A stretch of 64,000 nt of DNA from a bacterium (GTDB lineage: Bacteria > Electryoneota > RPQS01): NCBI GenBank assembly GCA_016703065.1, contig JADJCU010000003.1, positions 457,045 through 521,044 of the forward strand. Reading direction: 5' to 3'. Under the pieces are notes generated by a model that saw only the letters and a program-made list of their open reading frames with translations, was not told where the DNA came from and ran no database searches. Position 1 is the first letter of the stretch. Each line of letters begins with the position of its first letter. Position numbers and translations under genes: made by a program. Below are positions 58,738-64,000 of this stretch, piece by piece.

Positions 58738-59310
58738 ATGAGCTCGAAGCTATCTATTGATTCCGACGATGATGGTCAACGAATTCACCGTCTGGTCTTC
58801 GGCAAAACCTACGCCGATCTACGAGCGGATTTTGATATTGATTCAACGTTGGACGTTGAAGATGATTCTGGTCCCGTTAAGGCCGAGTATGGCCACACGT
58901 ACTATGTCCTACAGCGTCTGGAAACTTCGAATCCAGACGAGTTCACGCGCTTCATTGGCAAATTAGAGGCTGTAACTGGACTTGATGACCTTGATTTCAC
59001 GACTCGCTGTCGATTGGTCTACACGCTTCTGGCTAGCACAATCGACTGGAAGGACACCCGGGCTGGCAGATTGGCATCCCACGGAACGATTGCAGAGATG
59101 CCATATGGATCGGTTCCCCCTCTTGATCTTGATTTTCAGGCAATGACAGACAGCGTTAGGGCGTTCCGGCCATCGCCGGAGCAGGCGACGAATTGGGGAG
59201 AAGTCTTTTCCCACGGGCTAAGGCAGCCGAAAGCTCCTCCTCAAGCAGCTCAAGAAATTGTTCGCGGAGGAGGATCGAAGATAAGGACGCGGAAGAAACG
59301 AAGTAGTTGA
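58738..59310 (+). CDS. Hypothetical soluble protein (acidic N-terminus, basic tail)
   Basis: 190-aa ORF, 25 nt downstream of the membrane-protein gene. Ends GGGSKIRTRKKRSS. No motif recognised. Confidence 0.45.
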   Translation: MSSKLSIDSDDDGQRIHRLVFGKTYADLRADFDIDSTLDVEDDSGPVKAEYGHTYYVLQRLETSNPDEFTRFIGKLEAVTGLDDLDFTTRCRLVYTLLASTIDWKDTRAGRLASHGTIAEMPYGSVPPLDLDFQAMTDSVRAFRPSPEQATNWGEVFSHGLRQPKAPPQAAQEIVRGGGSKIRTRKKRSS

Positions 59311-59362
59311 TTGGCCGTCCGGCGGAACGCTTTGTTTTCTGAAGCTTTACCGTCCACCGGAA

Positions 59363-59391
59363 GGTTTGAATGTTCGTTCCGTACGCGCTAC
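59363..59391 (+). repeat. attR-like degenerate copy of the tRNA-Glu 3' portion
   Basis: GGTTTGAATgttcgtTCCGTACGCGCTAC compared with tRNA GGTTCGAATCCCGTACGCGCTAC. The exact 13-mer is at 59379-59391. Confidence 0.6.
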
Positions 59392-59400
59392 GAATAATTA

Positions 59401-59432
59401 ACGGGTTAGCCTTGCGGCTGACCCGTTTTTTC
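59401..59432 (+). terminator. Strong terminator directly after the attR-like repeat (probably the original tRNA terminator)
   Basis: 11-bp stem ACGGGTTAGCC/GGCTGACCCGT (1 mismatch) with loop TTGC, followed by TTTTTCG. Confidence 0.75.
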
Positions 59433-59497
59433 GTTGGTGTTCGGGGCACGGCAGTTGCAACCTGGATTGAATTGCAGTATTCGGGCGGGCACATTCT

Positions 59498-60145
59498 GTG
59501 AAGACTGGAAGGTTGATGAATATGTCGCTACATTTGGGTCAAAGCGGGTTACACTTATTTATGCCATTAGAGTATGCAGGACAGCCGGAGTTATCAACGG
59601 AACGCCTTTTACTGAGGCGATTCCGCTTGTCGGATGCGCCGGATATGTTTGCCTATGCCTCAGAAGAGGACGTTGCACGGTTCTTTCACTGGGAAGCGCA
59701 GCGCAGTATTGCGGAATCCGAAGCCTATATCCGTGAGATGGTTGCGGACTATGAGCAGGGATTGTGGCCGGGCTGGGCAATTGAATGGAAGGCCGATGGA
59801 CGGGTGGTAGGGGTGATTTCATTGCGAAAGTGGTATCCCGAGCATCGGCAGACGGAGCTCAGCTACGCCATGAATCCGGGCTACGGGGGAAAGGGGATTA
59901 TGACGGAAGCGGTGGAACGCGTCGTTGAGCTGTGCTTTCGCGATTTGGGCCTTGAGCGGATCGAGGCGCGGTGTTTGGGCTACAATTTCGCGTCGGAAAA
60001 GGTGATGCAAAAGGTTGGAATGACGTATGAAGGGACACTGCGGCATCATCAGTTTATCAAGGGTAAGTTCCACGATTTTAAGGTCTACTCGATCTTGCGC
60101 GGGGAGTGGGACGCCGCAGCGGCGCCCAAGTCTTCTGAAAAATAA
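59498..60145 (+). CDS. GNAT-family N-acetyltransferase (RimJ/RimL-like)
   Basis: TERLLLRRFRLSDAPDMFAYASEEDV..., GYGGKGIMTEAVERVVELCF and the RIEARCLGYNFASEKVMQKVGM pattern. The start codon is uncertain (GTG 59498 or ATG 59516/59522). Confidence 0.8.
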   Translation: MKTGRLMNMSLHLGQSGLHLFMPLEYAGQPELSTERLLLRRFRLSDAPDMFAYASEEDVARFFHWEAQRSIAESEAYIREMVADYEQGLWPGWAIEWKADGRVVGVISLRKWYPEHRQTELSYAMNPGYGGKGIMTEAVERVVELCFRDLGLERIEARCLGYNFASEKVMQKVGMTYEGTLRHHQFIKGKFHDFKVYSILRGEWDAAAAPKSSEK

Positions 60146-60312
60146 GAATTTAACAGGAGTTACGCGGCGCAGCATAGCCGCTTGGATCGGCGCACGACGT
60201 GGACTCTCATTTCACATAGTGCTATATTCGGTAGGACCATCGACTAGCTAACTGTTAGAGTTCCATTTCAAAGACAAACCGTGTCGGCCGCAAGGCCCGT
60301 CTAAATCGAGAG

Positions 60313-61044
60313 GTGAAAATGATCAGCCCGCAGGCGATAGTACAGACGACGAGCATAGGGAAGAACGTTCGCATTGACGAGTTTGCGATTATCCGGCCTG
60401 ACGTCGTTCTCGGCGACGGCGTGATTATTCACCCGTATGTTGTGATTGAATCCGGAGCGATCATCGGAGACAACGTTGAGATATTTCCAGGGGCCTATAT
60501 CGGTAAAGAGCCAAAGGGTGCAGGAGCGACGGCGCGGAAGATTGACTTCCGGCGCGTAGTGAAGATTGGCAAGGAGTCATCGATTGGACCGCACGCCGTA
60601 GTGTTTTACGACGTTGAGATTGGCGAGAACTGTCTGCTTGGTGACGGGGCATCGATCCGAGAGCAGTGCCGGATCGGGAATAAGGTCTTGCTCAGCCGCT
60701 ACGTGACGGTCAACTACAACACGAAGATTGGCGACCGCGTGAAGATCATGGACGCGACGCACATCACGGGGAATATGTCGATCGGGAACGACGTGTTTAT
60801 CAGCGACCTTGTTTCGACCGCTAACGATAACGTGATGGTTGGACAGCACTACGAAGAAGAGAAGATTATCGGACCGCAGATTGAAGACGGTGCGAATATT
60901 GGTTTGGGCGTTTCGCTGCTGCCGGCGGTGCGGATCGGCAAAGGTTCGCTTGTCGGGGCGGGATCGGTAGTCACGAAAGACGTGGCGCCGGGCGCATTGG
61001 TGATGGGAATACCGGCGAAGTTTATTCGAAACCTTGAACAGTAG
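60313..61044 (+). CDS. Left-handed beta-helix (hexapeptide-repeat) acyltransferase, FdtC/QdtC-like sugar N-acetyltransferase
   Basis: Repeated [LIV]-G-x4 hexapeptides throughout (IGDNVEIFPGAYIG, IGENCLLGDGASI, IGDRVKIMDATHI). Adjacent to FdtA/FdtB-like genes. Confidence 0.7.
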   Translation: MKMISPQAIVQTTSIGKNVRIDEFAIIRPDVVLGDGVIIHPYVVIESGAIIGDNVEIFPGAYIGKEPKGAGATARKIDFRRVVKIGKESSIGPHAVVFYDVEIGENCLLGDGASIREQCRIGNKVLLSRYVTVNYNTKIGDRVKIMDATHITGNMSIGNDVFISDLVSTANDNVMVGQHYEEEKIIGPQIEDGANIGLGVSLLPAVRIGKGSLVGAGSVVTKDVAPGALVMGIPAKFIRNLEQ

Positions 61045-61049
61045 GTCAC

Positions 61050-61462
61050 ATGTCACTCAGCGACTGCAAGATTATTGATTTGCCGAAGATTCCCGACGCG
61101 CGCGGAACCTGACATTTGTGGAAGGCGAGAAGCACATTCCGTTTCCGATTCAGCGGATATTTTATCTTTACGACGTTCCGGGCGGTGCGACCCGCGCGGG
61201 TCATGCGCTGAAGTCGTGCCACCAGTTCTTGATTGCGATATCCGGGGCGTTTGATGTAGTGCTGGACGACGGACATGAGAAGAAGCGCTATCACTTGAAC
61301 CGGTCGTACTACGGTCTGCATATTCCACCGCGGATTTGGCGGGAGATTGACAATTTCTCGTCGGGTTCGGTCTGTCTGGTGCTTGCTTCGGAGGGGTATC
61401 AAGAAGGGGCTTACTACCGCGAGTATGAGGAGTTCCTGCAGGCAATTCGGTCGGGGATTTGA
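61050..61462 (+). pseudogene. FdtA/QdtA (WxcM C-terminal)-like sugar 3,4-ketoisomerase, one frameshift
   Basis: MSLSDCKIIDLPKIPDARG then an A-run indel at about 61105, then NLTFVEGEKHIPFPIQRIFYLYDVPGGATRAGHA (cupin of the FdtA family). Confidence 0.75.
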
Positions 61463-62571
61463 TGAAGGTACCTTTTCTCGACTTGCATTCGACGTACGCC
61501 GAATTGCGCGGTGAGTTAACCGCTGCGTTTGAGCGCGTGATGGAGAGCGGCTGGTACATCCTTGGCGAAGAAGTCACGGCGTTTGAACGGGAGTATGCTG
61601 AGTACCTTGGCTGCAAGTACTGTCTTGGCGTCGGCAACGGACTCGAAGCGCTGCACCTTGTGTTGCGGGCGTACGGAATCGGGTCGGGCGACGAGGTGAT
61701 TGTTCCGTCGAACACGTACATCGCGACATGGCTGGCCGTCTCGCAGGCGGGCGGTCTGCCTGTGCCGGTGGAACCGGATGCGCGGACATTTAATATTGAT
61801 CCGGCGTTGATAGAAGCTGCGATCACACCGAAGACGAAAGCGATTCTGGTTGTGCATCTGTACGGGCAATCCGTGGACATGGATCCAATACTGGAGATCG
61901 CGCGCACGCATCGCTTGCGTGTGATCGAGGATACCGCGCAGTCACACGGCGCGACGTACAAGGGCAAACAGACCGGGGCGATGGGAAACGCGGCGGGATG
62001 CAGCTTTTATCCGGGGAAGAATCTCGGCGCCTACGGCGACGCAGGCTGCGTTACGACTAATGACGACGAGCTTGCGGACCGGGTGAAGGTGCTGCGGAAT
62101 TACGGTTCGCGAGTGAAGTATTACAATGAAGTGAAAGGGTACAACCCGCGGCTTGATCCGATGCAGGCGGGGCTGCTGCGCGTGCGGCTGACCAGAAACG
62201 ACGAATGGAACGCTCGCAGGCGACGGATCGCGGCGACGTACCACGCGGGCCTCGCAGGCGCCAAGAGCTTGACCTTGCCGCATGTGCCGGAGTGGACGGA
62301 CCCGGCATGGCATCTGTTTGTGGTGACGCATCCGCAGAGGGATGTCCTGCAGAGAAAGCTCGCAGACGAGGGAATCGGCACGCTGATTCACTATCCGGTG
62401 CCTCCGCATCTTTCAGGAGCATACGCAGAGTTCAATTCGCACAAGGGCCGTTATCCGCTGGCGGAACGGATGGCGGAGACGGTATTGAGTTTGCCGATCG
62501 GTCCGCACATGGCTGATGACGCGGTTGAGTACGTCATGGATCGCGTGCATAAGGCGTGCGCGGAGCTTTGA
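61459..62571 (+). CDS. DegT/DnrJ/EryC1/StrS-family PLP-dependent sugar aminotransferase (FdtB-like)
   Basis: 370 aa with [34 protein letters not shown] and [16 protein letters not shown] (PLP Lys). Confidence 0.9.
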   Translation: MMKVPFLDLHSTYAELRGELTAAFERVMESGWYILGEEVTAFEREYAEYLGCKYCLGVGNGLEALHLVLRAYGIGSGDEVIVPSNTYIATWLAVSQAGGLPVPVEPDARTFNIDPALIEAAITPKTKAILVVHLYGQSVDMDPILEIARTHRLRVIEDTAQSHGATYKGKQTGAMGNAAGCSFYPGKNLGAYGDAGCVTTNDDELADRVKVLRNYGSRVKYYNEVKGYNPRLDPMQAGLLRVRLTRNDEWNARRRRIAATYHAGLAGAKSLTLPHVPEWTDPAWHLFVVTHPQRDVLQRKLADEGIGTLIHYPVPPHLSGAYAEFNSHKGRYPLAERMAETVLSLPIGPHMADDAVEYVMDRVHKACAEL

Positions 62572-62572
62572 G

Positions 62573-63496
62573 ATGAAGAAACTTTCGATTATCGTTCCGG
62601 TCTATTATAACGAAGGCTCGCTTCCGCATTTGTTCACGGAGGTATCGCGGCTCGAAGCGATGCTGCGTGAACGGGCGATTGAGTTAGAACTGATTCTTGT
62701 TGATGACGGGAGCAAAGACGGATCGTTTGCGGCACTGAAGAAGATTCAGGAGCAGCGGTCGGCGACGCGAGTTGTGAAGCTGGCGCGGAATTTTGGCGCC
62801 TACCACGCAATCAAAGCGGGCCTGGGTCTCGTGACGGGGGACTGTTTCACGTATCTTGCGGCGGATTTGCAGGATCCACCGGAGCTGATCCTTGAAATGG
62901 TAGAGCGGTGGCAGAAGGGCTCGAAGTATGTGGTCTGTACACGCAGCAACCGGCACGATCCGCCGGTGTCGAAGTTTTTTGCGGGCCTTTACTACAAGCT
63001 CCTAAGGGCGATGGTGATGAAGAATTACCCGGAGGGCGGCTTCGATCTCGCTTTGATGGATAAGGCCATGCTTCCATATTTGCTGGGGAGCGGCCGTAAC
63101 ATCAATCTGGCGTTGTTTGCCTATTGGCTGGGTTTCAAGCCGGATTTCATACCGTATGAACGACGGGAACGAAAGCACGGCAAATCGCGCTGGACGTTTT
63201 CGAAAAAGTTCACGCTCTTTCTCGATTCGCTACTGGGGTTTTCGATCATTCCGATACGCGCGATGTCTTTTATCGGAGTGCTGGTGTCACTCTTGAGTTT
63301 CGCGTATGGGATTTTTGTGGTCATCAACGCGGCGCTGGGACGGATACCGATCAAGGGGTTTTCGGCGACGATAGCGCTGACCTCGTTCCTGCTTGGACTC
63401 GTGATTCTGATGCTGGGAATCATCGGTGAATATGTCTGGCGAATTCACACGGAGGTGAATAATCGGCCTGAGTATGTGATTGAGGATATTTCGTGA
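62573..63496 (+). CDS. Family 2 glycosyltransferase, polyprenyl-phosphate sugar transferase type (ArnC/DPM1-like) with C-terminal TM helices
   Basis: Start ATG 62573 (MKKLSIIVPVYYNE). VDDGSKDGS and AADLQDPPE. Two C-terminal hydrophobic helices. Confidence 0.85.
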   Translation: MKKLSIIVPVYYNEGSLPHLFTEVSRLEAMLRERAIELELILVDDGSKDGSFAALKKIQEQRSATRVVKLARNFGAYHAIKAGLGLVTGDCFTYLAADLQDPPELILEMVERWQKGSKYVVCTRSNRHDPPVSKFFAGLYYKLLRAMVMKNYPEGGFDLALMDKAMLPYLLGSGRNINLALFAYWLGFKPDFIPYERRERKHGKSRWTFSKKFTLFLDSLLGFSIIPIRAMSFIGVLVSLLSFAYGIFVVINAALGRIPIKGFSATIALTSFLLGLVILMLGIIGEYVWRIHTEVNNRPEYVIEDIS

Positions 63497-64000
63497 GCGT
63501 TTCGTCGGAGCTACGCTCGGATCGCGGCCGTTGGCAGGATATTTTGCTGATGACCGGGTTATGGGCGCTGATGACGTATCTTGCTCATCCTGTGGGAGAT
63601 TTTCCGCTCAACGACGACTGGACTTACGGCGTGTCCGTTAAGGCTCTGGTTGAAGAGGGGCGGATGTTTTTTTTGACGGAATGGGCATGCAAGACGCTCG
63701 TCGCGCACGTATTCTGGGGCGCGTTGTTCTGCCTGCCGTTCGGGTTTTCGTACACGGCCTTGCGGGTGTCGCAACTGACGGCGGGGTTGATCGGCGGAAT
63801 TGCTACATATTACTTGTGTCTTGAGCTTGGCGCATCGCGGCGCACGGCGCTGCTTTGCTCGCTAACGCTCTTGGTGAATCCGCTCTATTTTCAATTGTCG
63901 AACTCATTCATGACGGACGTGGGGTTCACGGCGGGCGCGACGCTTGCGCTTTTGCTGTTGATCAAGGGCATGTTTCAGTCGTCAAGAGCGATCAGCGCGC
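63493..64000 (+). CDS. Membrane glycosyltransferase (ArnT/PMT-like, GT39/GT83-type), N-terminal part; runs off the window
   Basis: GTG 63493 overlaps the GT2 stop. The frame is open to the window end with several TM helices (LLMTGLWALMTYL, FWGALFCLPFGF, LIGGIATYYLCL). Context is next to the ArnC-like gene. Confidence 0.5.
   Translation, partial: MSVSSELRSDRGRWQDILLMTGLWALMTYLAHPVGDFPLNDDWTYGVSVKALVEEGRMFFLTEWACKTLVAHVFWGALFCLPFGFSYTALRVSQLTAGLIGGIATYYLCLELGASRRTALLCSLTLLVNPLYFQLSNSFMTDVGFTAGATLALLLLIKGMFQSSRAISA

Overview
The window comes from a fairly G+C-rich bacterial chromosome or MAG. One secreted protein carries a T9SS (Por) C-terminal sorting domain, which suggests an FCB-group-like host.

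Layout:
- Left flank (1-13.0 kb): ordinary chromosomal genes. These are a class V aminotransferase fragment, a polyferredoxin-type membrane protein, a T9SS-sorted protein, a nitronate-monooxygenase-family enzyme, a membrane pyrophosphatase, Pit plus a DUF47 regulator, and catalase plus PerR.
- Integrated element (about 13.1-59.4 kb): a tRNA-Glu(CUC) at 13043-13118 marks its left edge. The element is about 46 kb, visibly more A+T-rich than the flanks, and ends at a 13-bp repeat of the tRNA 3' end (59379-59391).
- Right flank (59.5-64 kb): G+C-rich cell-envelope sugar genes. These are a GNAT, an FdtC/FdtA/FdtB-like set, an ArnC-like GT2 and a membrane glycosyltransferase.

Island cargo, in order:
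1. A fragmented large serine recombinase.
2. A four-gene ubiquitin-like conjugation cassette (Ubl, E2-like, JAB, E1; Bil-like) with atypical parts.
3. A Cu/Ag-type resistance block: CusCBA, a Met-rich beta-propeller lipoprotein, YHS/TRASH-like proteins, a sigma-54-dependent two-component system and a CopA-type ATPase.
4. Two paralogous primase-helicase replication modules, each followed by its own iteron and AT-rich region.
5. A HicA-HicB-SecB-like tripartite TA-chaperone module.
6. Two IS3-family elements.
7. A defence-like block: a NYN fragment, a NACHT-like STAND NTPase, a Type I R-M system with an extra co-transcribed gene, and an uncharacterised membrane-protein pair.

Caveat on sequence quality. 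Many genes are broken by single-base indels at homopolymer runs. A roughly 400-bp tract of almost pure G/C lies at 38128-38533, and a 37-nt one at 8654-8690. All pseudogene calls are therefore provisional until read support is checked.

No CRISPR array, rRNA or phage structural genes were seen.
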